Positions 52,152 to 64,000 of a stretch of 64,000 nucleotides of DNA are shown here, piece by piece. The stretch lies in NCBI GenBank assembly GCA_951406725.2, contig OX597832.1, forward strand, positions 1,674,001 to 1,738,000. Reading direction: 5' to 3'. Origin of the DNA: Octopus vulgaris (taxonomy: Eukaryota). The notes beneath the pieces are model-generated. The model saw only the letters and a list, made by a program, of their open reading frames with translations. It was not told the DNA's origin and made no database searches. The stretch's first letter is position 1, and each line of letters starts with the position of its first letter. The position numbers and the translations under genes are program-made.

Positions 52152-52332
52152 AAGGCGCTTAGCCGCTAGAATCGTCAGCCTGTCGGACAAAATGCTTAGC
52201 TATATTTTGTCCTTCTTTACATGTGAGTTTAAATTCTGCTGAGGACGACCTTGCCTTTCATCGTTTCGAGGTTGATGTAATCGACTATTACCCTCCCCCA
52301 AAATTTCAGGCCTTGTACCAATAGTAGAAAGT
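52152..52332 (+). mobile_element. SINE, second tRNA-derived family
   Basis: Homologous to the reverse complement of 57640-57834 (GAGTT.AAATTC.GC.GAGG.CGAC.TT.CCTTTCATC). Confidence 0.7.
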
Positions 52333-53887
52333 TCATTGATTTGTCAAATACTATGGGTCTTTTGAGACTAGTTTGTCTTTCTTAACTGGACCTTGTGCCA
52401 GTAAAGTAAAGAATTCGAATTCGATGACAGTGAAGTGGCTTGCGCAAGACTGGAACAATTTTATAATACTATCCACACACTACTCTGGACTAATATATAT
52501 TTATCTAGCCTGAAAATAAGAAAAGTAACTTTTTATTCAAAGTGTTAGGGACTAGAATACCATAAGGCAATTAAACACTAACAATTCAACTAATTGCCAC
52601 TAAGTGCTTAGATTTTCATTCTAAGTATGGAGTATATCTATCAGTTTTTGGTCGTTACTGTTTCCGTAATTTAATTCCTTGATTAAAATTCATTAAATAC
52701 AAGAGACAGTCGTAAAAAGTCTTTCATATTTATTTACAACCAAACTGTGAACAATGAAGTAGAGGGCAATGCCTTATAGCTGTTAAAAAGATCTTCCTAA
52801 CACAAATGGGTATTGGTCTCTAATCTCTACTTCAGAGCAAACTAGTTTTCAGTCAATTCCTCTTTTAATGTCCACGTGAAGTGTTATAATAAACATGACA
52901 AACGTTAACGAATGTCTCATCTATCGAGTAAATTTAATAAATGAATTAACTAATTTACGAAAATAGTATGGCTTAAAACCTATGGATATATTCCATAGTA
53001 AACCTTATTAAGAAATATATATATATTCTATACCTGCACATATTATATACCTTCATTCGTTCGTTATTTTACTATTGTTATTTACATTTAGTGTAGTGAT
53101 CTTTGCGAGAGGAGACCATTATTGTTCTACTCCTGATTCTACTGAAGGAGTGGGTAGTTTCAACTCCTGTTTTCAACAGGTACGCTATCTCGGGGATTTG
53201 TGAGTGCTTTCGGATTTTATTTCAGCATTGTTTATCTACGGCATGTTGGCAGAGTATGGATTCTGGTCTCTTTTTATTGTACGAACACCAGTACTTTTCC
53301 TTCTGCTCATCTACACAATGGGTCATATGTCTTATAAAGTTTGTGTAGGATTCCCTATATTGTTCTATGCACTTTATGCAACATACCATGTCCCAAGCTT
53401 TTCAATTTATGTTTGGCTCCATTTTGTAGCATCAAGTAGCAGGTTGAATATTTTTCGATATTACACCATGAAAGCAAAGTAGCTCCCACATATGGGACAG
53501 AATTAGACGAAACAAAATTTTTAATTAAATTTTTAAAATAATCAGACCATGCTAAAAATTTCGTAGTTTAAGCTTTGTTTGTGCATACAAGAGGAAAACG
53601 TTTCTTCTCAAATGTGCATAATATTCGCTATTGGAGTTGTGAGATCTAAATTCTCTGTAATACAAGGACTGCATTTGCTACCGCCTCTCCTATATTTGCT
53701 GGGCTTAGTTAGGATGCTCCAGTCTAGTGTAGTTGCGAGGTTCCACTTCTATTTTTGTTGTCAGTTATAACTATCAATTTAGTCGTTCATTCGATCAATC
53801 CGTTCACCTAACTTTGAAATTATCCACTTGTGTATATACGCATTTCCACCCACATTATACACACGACCATGTAAATACATATATAAT

Positions 53888-53943
<56 letters not shown>

Positions 53944-56149
53944 TGTGTGTTTTGCACCTTTGTATGATGTGAATAATAATAAACAAATAAAACTATTTGT
54001 CATATTTGCAAAATTGCAAATTGTAAAATGCTGTGGGATCATAACTGTGTAACTCATTCATTAAGTTATTTGAAGATACTAGAATTGTTGAATGCTAATC
54101 CACTGGATCTTTGTACTTTGTATGTTTCGGTATAGTGAGTTCCTGTGCTTATCACTACCGTCCAATCTATAGCTGTTGCGTGAAACGATTTCCGTACGGG
54201 ACTTAGTCCACTTATCGGCTTTCATTTACAGTTATATTTGCATTTGAGCAACAGCGTTAAACAGCTTATTTTCATGCGTATGCGCATGTGAGCGTATGTG
54301 TACGTATGTGTCTGTGAGTGCTTGCATGCCGCATGCGCGCACGTGTGTCGATTTGTACCATTTCACAGCCTATCCCTGTTGCATTTGTGAGCAAATTTTC
54401 TACTAACATAGATATGTTACCCACATCTCTTTAATTATCCCAATGTATTTAACTACTATTTAACCATTCCATTCTATGCAATATTTCCCCCCAGAAACTG
54501 AAATTTACTTTTCTCTACCTTACGCATTGTTGCAGGTGAAAGTTTATATATATACATCACGTCTAGAACTTCCTTGAATCACATGCCACTAACCATTCGT
54601 TTCGATTCGTTTCGTCGGCGAGACTATCACGTGCATCACTTCTTTAGTAGCCTCATGAGTGGGGATATATGAAAGGAAGTTGTATTATAGGCGGGAGTGA
54701 TCGTGATGCTCTAGACTCGCACGCTGTTGCGTCTTCCAATGAAGTACCGTGGATGACTTGAGCGTAGAATCTTGCTTGGCTTCCCACTGCTAGTATAAGA
54801 ATTCGTAATTGCAATCTCTTACGACAAGAAGGCACTGCATCTTAAAAGTGTCGAAGGAATCACAACAGAAAGTCATTCCTGCTCTACAGCGAATCAGCAG
54901 CACCAAACACTCAAGCACAGGTACACACACATGCATACATACACAGTCAGGTGACAGTATCTATATAACACTGGGCATATTCCTCAGCGATTTATTAGTT
55001 TTGACTTCTGTCACTTACTAGAGATGTGTGTACTTGTGTTCGAGTCTCTTGGTGTGTGACTCTTTCTGATCATATATCTATCTAAACGTAGAGTTTTTGT
55101 TCTGCCTGTCGTTGTATGCACTATTTTCTGCTTTAGCATATGTTATAGCGCTAACACCCTTTTCTATACACATACGCACACAACTTCCTTTCACGCCTAT
55201 ACATTAACTGATGTTTGTTACGTTGTTCTAAGTTCACTGTGCCAAGGAAAAAGTGAGCGATGGGAGTTGGCGTGGGAGTAAACAACAACAAAATTAATAG
55301 AGTTGATTACCCTTCGGAAACTGCACAAGTATCAGGTATGGAAAATTCTAGCGGTCTCTGATAGGACAGTAGAACCAACTACAAATTAATTCAAATATAG
55401 AAAGAAGTTTTGTTATTTACAACCTACTTGACAATCAGACTATTTTCTGGTGCGATTAAAAACGAGGTGCGTCGTAAAGTAGTTTTGTTCACTAGTTTCT
55501 ATTGTCTAATAATACTGTTTTTCTAATTCTCTTCTCCATTCTCGTGTATTATGACTCTGTCAGAAATCAATGAATTTGTCAAGAACAATAAATTTTCCTT
55601 GTCAATAGTTGCAAGCTCCCGTGGTTTAATTTCTTTTAAACCTCCTTTTATCTGTTTCATTGTTCATTTTATTCCTGTTTTGCTTAATCATAGTTTGCCT
55701 GGTTTGCAGATTTCAGGAATAATACTATATTAATTTTTTAAGATTAATGTAGCTCATAACTTAAAAATAGTTCACTGAAAGTAGGAAACTATTTTTTATG
55801 GTATTGTTTTAAATGTGGTTTACAACATTTTAACAACTTCATGCTATTACAGTTTAGCAAAGCTGACAGGTGATTCATCATGAGGAAAAAGTAGAAAGCC
55901 TGTTTAAATAGAGTCAACAGTTGACATTCAATAATAACCTCATCAACTGCAACAAGAAAATAATGTTATCAATAACATGCAAACAATCTCATAAGCAATT
56001 AATTGACTTTACCTAATATTTTATGGAAATCTTAGAGATTTTTCTTGTGGAGAAATGGGAATTCTTTTCATTCATGTCATCAACGACAAGGTCATATCTC
56101 GAAGGTAATCGAGACTTGGTGGCAGAATCTATTCGCTGTGATTTACATT

Positions 56150-56555
56150 TTTTTTTCTAAAACACTTCTTTTATTTAGGATTAAGATCAAACATTTTAGA
56201 AGAGGTACTGGGATCCTCAAGTACTTCCTTCATAGACTCCTATCTGAAACAATCGTCATTACACTTCCATGCTGAATTCCCAAGCGTGACTAACTGGGAC
56301 TATGGAAATTATCCAACCATCTCGTCCTTGGCTTGAAGAATCCGTTTTGTGATTCTTTCCAGCGGCATTCTAATCCCATGTCTGTAGTACTGAAAACGTG
56401 ACCTCTCAGTGTGGAGAAATAGCAGCTCCACTTGAAGAGAATCCCTAACCTCCGAGTTACGCACCCTGTCGAGTAACGTTACTCCAGAGATCCATCAGAG
56501 GAACCCTATTTCGACCGCTTGCATTTGGGATTGTACTCTTCTTTCGGTCATTACT
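56150..56555 (-). mobile_element. RTE-clade LINE 3' remnant
   Basis: Minus strand MQAVEIGFL..ISGVTLLDRVRNSEVRDSLQVE...HGIRMPLERITKRIL. Confidence 0.7.
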
Positions 56556-56804
56556 TTGCATTTTAAAATTGAAATATGAAAAGTGTTCCGAACAATTAAC
56601 AAATCGTATCGTCCGCCACGTGGATTAATAAGGGACGTGTTCGAATCTTAGGTAGGGGTGTTCGTTCGAAAATTACATTGCAGTCAACCCAATAGCCGTA
56701 TAACCAACAGCAAGCCTGCAATTTGTTCTTGGAGGCGTGGAATGGGAGGACAAAGGATGCATGATGCAGGACCCCGAAGCTGGTTCAGGAACGAACAACC
56801 GTTA

Positions 56805-57256
56805 TCAATATCTATAAAGCTGAAATGCGAAAAAGTTGTTTGATTTCTTGGTTATTTGTCTCATTTTGGGATGGGAAGGATTTAAGGGGCAGTAGATGGG
56901 GTCGGATTGATGCCAAAATTTACACGGGGGGTAAAATTGGGTGGACAGTGGTGTGAGGAGGGTTGCAACTCGCTCAGGTCTGCCGTTTGGTTGCCATGGT
57001 GATGAATATAGGAAAAAATGAGATTTATGGGATAGACAGGTTGCGCTGTTTGAATAATGGTGGCTTTTTGTCTTGCTGCAGGGGCTAGAGGCGGTTATCT
57101 TTAATTGTGGGTGTAAAAATTGGGGATATTTTGGAAAGGGGAGTAAAGAAGGGGGCAATAAAAAGAACCAGGCAAAGAAGACGGACAAAAGAAGGAAGGG
57201 AAAAGGAGACAACACCACCACCAGAACCCGGGCGAAGCACGGGTCAAAATAGCTAG
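56805..57256 (+). mobile_element. Non-autonomous Helitron-like element
   Basis: 5' TC..TCTATAAAGC; 3' hairpin ACCCGGGCGAAGCACGGGT followed by CTAG at 57253-57256. Confidence 0.65.
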
Positions 57257-58400
57257 TCTATAATAATAAATGCGAAAGCGAATGTCAGTATGTCAGTGTG
57301 TGACACTTACTCAACTTTACTCCTCCGACCCTCTCTCTCACTATTCAATGACTCTTCTACTATTCTTCATTCTTGGTTTTTTTCTTAAACCTAACATTTT
57401 GAAAAAAACTATTTCTCTAAATATTATGACTATTTCGAAAAGTAATTTCCAAAATAAACATTTTGAAAACATCTTTCTCTAAATATTAAAACTGTATCAA
57501 GTAATTTAACCATAACACGTGCTTCATAACTGAAATACGTATTGAACTCACTTTCTCACAATATTACCTCTCATAACTCTCTAGCATAAAAATGTTGGAA
57601 ACTTAATATTTTTTTCAGAAATTCTTTTCTACTCTATGCATAAGGCCCGAAATTTTAGTGGAGGCCAATCGATTAGATCGACCCTAGTATGCAACTGGTA
57701 CTTAATTCATCGACTCCGAAAGGATGAAAGGTAAAGTCGACCTCGGCGGAATTTGAACTCAGAATGTAAAGACAGATAAAATACCGCTAAGTATTTCGCC
57801 GAGCATGTTAACGTTAATGCCAGTTCGCCGCCTTAGTACATTTTCAGATATTATTAACTTATTTTACCGTGAAAAATAATTTTAAAAATACTGAATTTCA
57901 AACATCTTTATAGTCAAATACGCTTAGAGCAATTCCAAACCATAAAAATCGCTCTTTAAAATAGTGTCTAGCGACAGTGGTGTACTTTTCCTTCAAACTA
58001 CGAACAAGAATTCAGATACGTACCGGCTTCTACAAATAATTGTTTGTACGAAAAGTAAGACTCTACGTACATCAAATTATCTTTAAATTAAGTAGCGGCA
58101 GAAGTATTATCGTTGAACTTTTTAAATGGTAAGTTTATTATTGCCTACAGCCAGCTATATGCTGGTTGTTCAAGGGTAGGAAATAGAAACAAGCTATTTG
58201 TACTAACCCTCGAATGGGAAGACAAAAAACGCTCTTTATCATGCGGCCTTGCAATAGGTTCCAAGTAGACGAATTATATCATTGTTTCGATAAAAATTGT
58301 TCATTGCTTGAAAAATACTGTTCAAGTTTAATAAAATTTAATATGTGGTTAATGCATTATTGAACCCAAAGCCCAATGAAGAGCCCTCCACAGGAGCTAG
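57257..58400 (+). mobile_element. Helitron deletion derivative with helicase C-terminus, carrying a SINE
   Basis: 5' TCTATAATAATAAATGCG; SQLYAGCSRVG...GKTKNALYHAALQ* at ~58140-58257; CTAG at 58397-58400. Confidence 0.7.
57640..57834 (-). mobile_element. SINE (second family) nested in the Helitron
   Basis: Minus strand GGCGGCGAACTGGC...GAGTTCAAATTCCGCCGAGGTCGACTTT. Confidence 0.8.
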
Positions 58401-58482
58401 TAAAATATCTATATTACATATTTTTTGTATTATATACATAAATATATAGATATATATACATACACACATACACACACACACA

Positions 58483-58518
<36 letters not shown>

Positions 58519-60470
58519 ATCAAAATATATTATTATTTCTAAAAACAAATTTATAATATTATTTACGTGTTTCTCCTTCCGTCAGTTCGTCACTCACTAT
58601 CCTTTTCAAATTTTCGAATAATTTATATGGAGAAACGAAATAAAATATAAACGAGTCAAATATGTATTGTGTTTTTTTTCGGTCAGAAATACAGGGTACT
58701 GAATATTTCACTTTCAACTACAACAACAGTAATAAAGGGAAAAGGATAAAGATGGTAAAACTAGAAGAAAGAGAAAAGTAATTTTTAAAATAACAACAGA
58801 TAACTAAAACAGATAATTCTGCTGTAAACTTATTTCGATATATTAAATGCAGTTCTTTTTTTTCCTCTTGGAACTACTTATTCTTGGGGTGGGTAAACTA
58901 TTTTACAAAAACCTTCAATCAGTAAAACAATAGTATCTACTATTTGTAATTTAAATGTATTATTTTTCACTCAGATATTTGTTGCTATAAAACAATTTTA
59001 AAATTTTGAATAAAAACATTCCTTATAGTGAATAAAAATGTTTCATTGAAATTGATCATTTACCCTTTTGTGCATAAGGTTTGGGTATGATATTTTACTA
59101 AAAAGCTACATTCATACTGTGGACAAGATTATCATTAGAAAGAAAAATATTGACATTCATCATGAACCACAACTATTACTAGCATTCACATGTATTCACA
59201 AACTGAATATACAGTTATATTACAGGTAATATTTTAAATGGACAAACAATCTAAATTAAAGTTTTATCATCTTGACGTTAGCAAGGTGACGGTTATCAAA
59301 CTAGTAGTTTATGTATTTGAGCTATTCGTCAAAATAGTAAAATGCATTTCAATAAGAAAATAACCGAAAAAATCGCAATATTATAAATTCTTTTATCTGA
59401 GAAATATAAACTATCATATAAGGATATTAACAACCAAATATTCAGTAATAAAGCCAGAAGAGTTAATAGAAAAGAATAGTAGACAACATAATGCGCATAG
59501 ACGTTCTAACTAATCTCAAAACTTTTGAACTAGATTTTCATGTTCACGCATGTCTCTCGTTTCTAAAAGAATTTTTAAACTGATAATTTTTTTTTTCGTA
59601 TCAGAATTAATACCCAGATTCAAACAACTTACAAGAACTTGATGCTTTATTGTATATCTGGTTTGAACAATGTCTTTATGTATCCGATACCACATAAATG
59701 TATAAATAAGGAATTTGAACAATTGGTTTGAGAAATTTCCAAACATTTTACATATGGATTGTAACATTTGATTAACCCATGAGCAATACATTTTCTCTAA
59801 TGTTTAGCATTATTCAATATTTTGTTCTCTCTACGAAAACATCTGTTAGAGACATCTGCTAAGTAAGATTCAAATGGTATGCAAAACTGGATACAAACCT
59901 CTTAAGCTGTAGCATTTTCAGTATTCATTCGATACATACAAAGAAAACTTGAATTAAAATTTAAAAAATATAAAAAGGAAAATACCTGAAATACTTGTGT
60001 TTAGAGAGCCTCTTTGTAGAAATAATAATATATCACTTACAGCAAAGCATGTATTCTATTGCATTATTTTCCTCGACAATATAACTTATTTCATTCGTAA
60101 TTGAAGAGACTGTTTTTTTCAAGTGTACGCACACACATTCACAAAAACATACAGTAAAACATACACACACTCATATATATGTGTATATATATATATGTAT
60201 ATGTATGCATATAAGTGTGTGTAAGTATTCACAAACACACACACACATACGCATACATATAAAACACACCCTTTAGATATATGATTGTAAGCATATATAT
60301 ATGTATGCATGTATGTATTGGCATCTGCATATACATGCACATATACACTTATATAAATTGTGTGCTTAGATGATGTCATAAATATTACATTCTATTATTT
60401 CTATAACGGAAACAGAAAAGTACAATTTTTATTCATGATTCAAGAAGCAGGTTCATTTTTATTCTCTCTT

Positions 60471-60506
<36 letters not shown>

Positions 60507-61271
60507 GCAATCTCATAAACACACACAAACATGTTGATTATGCATAGAAGAGCATTGTCATGCATGTATATTATTATACTCATATGTACACACAAACATG
60601 TATATATCACACACACGTACCCTTAGCACATAAACTGTTAAGGCGTCAATGCAAATTGAGTTGATTCACCTTATATATAATCAAATTAATTTTGTGTGTT
60701 TTTATACGTTTACATTACACGTACAAGCGTGGGGTGAGCGGGCGTGTGTGAGTATGTAGATATGTGCATATAGGTATATATATATACATACATACATATT
60801 TTTATACACACATACATACACTTATATACGTATTTGTATATATATGTATATATATAGATATATATGAATATATATATATACACACATATGAATATAAATA
60901 TGTATGTATATATTTGTGTGTGTGTATGTATATATATATATATATGCACGCATATATGTACATATATATAAACATGTGTATGTGTGTGTGTACATCTGTA
61001 TCAATGTACAATTTGTAGTATTTCGATAACAGAGAAACGTTGACTACAAAGGATGTTCTAAAAAAATGTTTTACAATTTTTTAAAAAGTAACTTTTATAC
61101 ATTAAAGTGAATTAATCTGCATCAAATACACGTAGTTTTGTTATGAAGACAATCTTTAAAAAGTAATTTCATATGTATGTATATATATATAGATACATAT
61201 GAATATATATGTATATATATATATATAAATATCTGTATGTGTGTACGTCTGTATATATATATATAAGTATG

Positions 61272-61317
<46 letters not shown>

Positions 61318-62154
61318 TTCTTTTTCTTTCAAATAAAACTCTCGCCAAACTAAGATAAAATAATATTTATCTTTTGAAATATAGTATGTATGTTAGCTCT
61401 GTATTTTAGCAGATATATATTGTAGACAAATGATTCATGACAAGTCTGTCAAGAACTAAATACTAATGAGTTCCACGAGAAAAACAAATTTTGAGTATTT
61501 ATTTTCTGTCTTAAAATGTTATTCTTTTCCGCATCACTAAAATTATATCTTTTAAGAACGAAAATTCAATTGTTGGACTTATCTAATACTAATATTTGGC
61601 TTTAAACTGAACCAAAGGAATCAACTGAAAGTTGATAACGGCAGTATCAGCTAAGCAGAGAAGCAATATCCCGGTTAAATGTCAATTTCTGTCGAATAAC
61701 GTCAAACTGCAGATTCAAAGCAGAGACCCAGTTTATTATGCGCTTGCAAAGGTTTCAAAAGATTACGTCTGATTCTATATAGCTACAAATATTAAAGCAG
61801 AAATATTAATTTCTCGACCTTTTGCGCTGTAGTTAAATGAAGAAGACATACTTTCCATTTTCACTTGGCTAAAAACATCAAAAGCTGAGTCAGTGATGTC
61901 ATGGCATGTGTACTAAATACCGTGTCTTTTGTTCATATCTCTAAACGACACTGATTGCTAACTTTCTTAAGCAAAGACTCATAACTCCCGGTAGATCAGT
62001 TTACCTGATTAAGTAAACTTAGCATATTGAAATATAATTCACTACTCTAAGCAGTAATATTTATTATGCTCTAAGGTACAAAGTATGTGTACGTGTGCGT
62101 GTGTGCATGTGTATATATATATATATGTGTGTGTGTGTGTTTATTCATGTATTT

Positions 62155-62315
62155 TATTCTTTTACTTCTTTCAGTAATTTGACTGCGGCCATACTGGAGC
62201 ACCGCCTTTAGTCGAGCAAATCGACACCGGGACTTATTCTTTGTAAGCCTAGTACTTATTCTATCGGCATTTTTTGCCGAACCGCAAAGTTATGGGAACG
62301 TAAACACACCAGCAT
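62155..62315 (-). mobile_element. SINE 3' part
   Basis: Matches 44431-44600. Confidence 0.8.
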
Positions 62316-62779
62316 GTGTTTTCTCTGTTAACCTCCTCCCACTATCATGTGATCCGTGACGGCCTCGACCGGACTAGTCACGATTTTCTCAGCTCTTCGC
62401 TCTACCTCGCTCCCGTCTTTCTAGCCCTTTAGGGCAGTTTTTCATCTCTCCTTCGTGTTACCCATTTTTGTCTTGTCTTGCAGCCCTAAGGCTTTATTTT
62501 TGTTTTTTGCTCTATATGTATTATCATTTTAATTGTTGTCTGCTGCCTATATTCTGTTTATTATCTTCTCCCTCGTCTTGCTTTGTTTTGCTTTGGTCCC
62601 AATTCCGGCAAGTTTCTTGCCTGTGCCTCCAGAGTGGAATCAATATTATCGATAGTGGCCGAAATTGCGCTCGACCCTCTGATCGATAACTGAAGAAGAA
62701 TTGGTGAACTTCCGTGTTTTCTGTTCGTCTGTGTATTTAGTATATGTTCGTATGTCTATTTACTACACATTTTTTTATT

Positions 62780-62876
<97 letters not shown>

Positions 62877-62931
62877 GGTATGTCATATTTTCCGTTTGTT
62901 GCCTTTTATTTAATTCTGAAAATATTATTTA

Positions 62932-63751
62932 CTAGCAGTATTGCCCGGCTAGTGCGCTCGTGCGTTCTATGCACGCGCGAATTAAGCTAAACTTGGATGA
63001 AGTTCAATCAAAATTCAATTATTTTGGTTTTAAAACCAAGCATTTAATGCCTTCTATTTTTGCGCTTATGTGTTCCATTTCCTCAATAGAAAGTATGTAG
63101 AAGCGTTTCATAAATTTTTGTTGATCAAATAATTGCATTGTTGAATTATTCTTTTAGATCAGTATTTCTCAACGGGGATTTCAGGGGAGAGATTCAGGGA
63201 GTCTCTGGCGATGTATCGTAATGATCAAAAATCCGGCCTGCTAAAATTTGGTTAAAGTGATTCAAACTGCAGACTCAACGCAAAATGGTCACATTTAATT
63301 CAAAGCGTTAAAAATGTTATGAAAACAATTGGTATGTGTCCACAAAGTCCAAACGATTAATACGAAAAAACCCTCCAGGCTACATCCCGAAAATTCATTT
63401 CTTTGTCGAATTTCTACAATGTTTACGGCGATTCGTTTTTATATCTTGAGTTTTTATTTTTTTCAACCAATTTACGCATGCTTGCACGCGTGGTGAACAC
63501 GGTTCACGTCAAACAGCTGACTGAGTAAAGTTCACTATTCAATGTATGGGATAAGGCCTTAACAAACACATTATCGATTTTTGTACTTGCGAGATGAATT
63601 TCGGAATAGAAATAGCGCAGTTCAATTTTCATTCGCCTAAATTTTAAGTGACCCATTTTTGGTGGTTCTACGATTTGTTGGCTAGGAGGAGATGTGCCGG
63701 GAAGTTAAACACACACACACACACACACAAGTTGAGTTTTATATATATAGA
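62932..63751 (-). mobile_element. Non-autonomous Helitron-like element
   Basis: Minus strand starts TCTATATATATAAAACTC and ends GCCGGGCAATACTGCTAG. Confidence 0.7.
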
Positions 63752-64000
63752 CTAGCAGTATTGCCCTGCTTTCTCTCTCATTCTCTATCTCACTCTCTCA
63801 CTATCACTCTAACTCTCTATTTCACTCTTTCTCTCTCACTCTCTCATTCTCTCTCTCTCTCTCTCTCATTCTCTCTCTCTCTCTCTCCTCTCACTCTTTC
63901 TCTCTCTCTCGCTCTCTATCTCACTCTATCGCTCTATTTCTCTCTCTCTCTCTCTCTCACTCTCTCTATCACACTCTCTGTCACTCACTCTCTCACTCTC
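63752..64000 (-). mobile_element. 3' end of a second abutting Helitron-like element with (CT)n interior
   Basis: CTAGCAGTATTGCCC repeats the 62932 terminus; runs off the window. Confidence 0.55.

Noticed and set aside
62320-62760. Pyrimidine-rich segment with CTGAAGA resembling a Penelope 3' UTR
   Set aside because: No GAAA/stem III and no coding evidence; family cannot be assigned.
1266-63000. Dozens of ORFs rich in YI, CV, HT, MYVC, LSIY, N or E runs
   Set aside because: Translations of microsatellites, not genes.
1-64000. CRISPR arrays or prokaryotic operons
   Set aside because: Eukaryotic repeat landscape; no repeat-spacer array or gene-dense region.

Overview
Eukaryotic, AT-rich, repeat-dense window, most likely a coleoid cephalopod (Octopus-type tRNA-derived SINEs, very abundant TA/CA/TATG/AAT microsatellites). 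No complete host gene is evident, only a few candidate exons. Most of the window is decayed mobile DNA: a cluster of Dong/R4-type LINEs in (AAT)n tracts (10-23 kb), a near-complete mariner, RTE, CR1, Gypsy, Penelope and Helitron pieces. Two things stand out. (1) A nested locus at 44.35-50.1 kb: a SINE fused directly behind a full-length U6 snRNA copy is interrupted at one exact site in its tRNA head by two divergent, tandem retroelements that encode only an ORF1/gag-like protein, with the target sequence repeated at all three junctions. (2) A family of non-coding, mostly (TA)n-flanked, circularly permuted tandem and fold-back elements carrying type I hammerhead ribozymes (at least five loci), resembling Penelope-dependent retrozymes. 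All calls were made by eye, with no database searches or folding computations.
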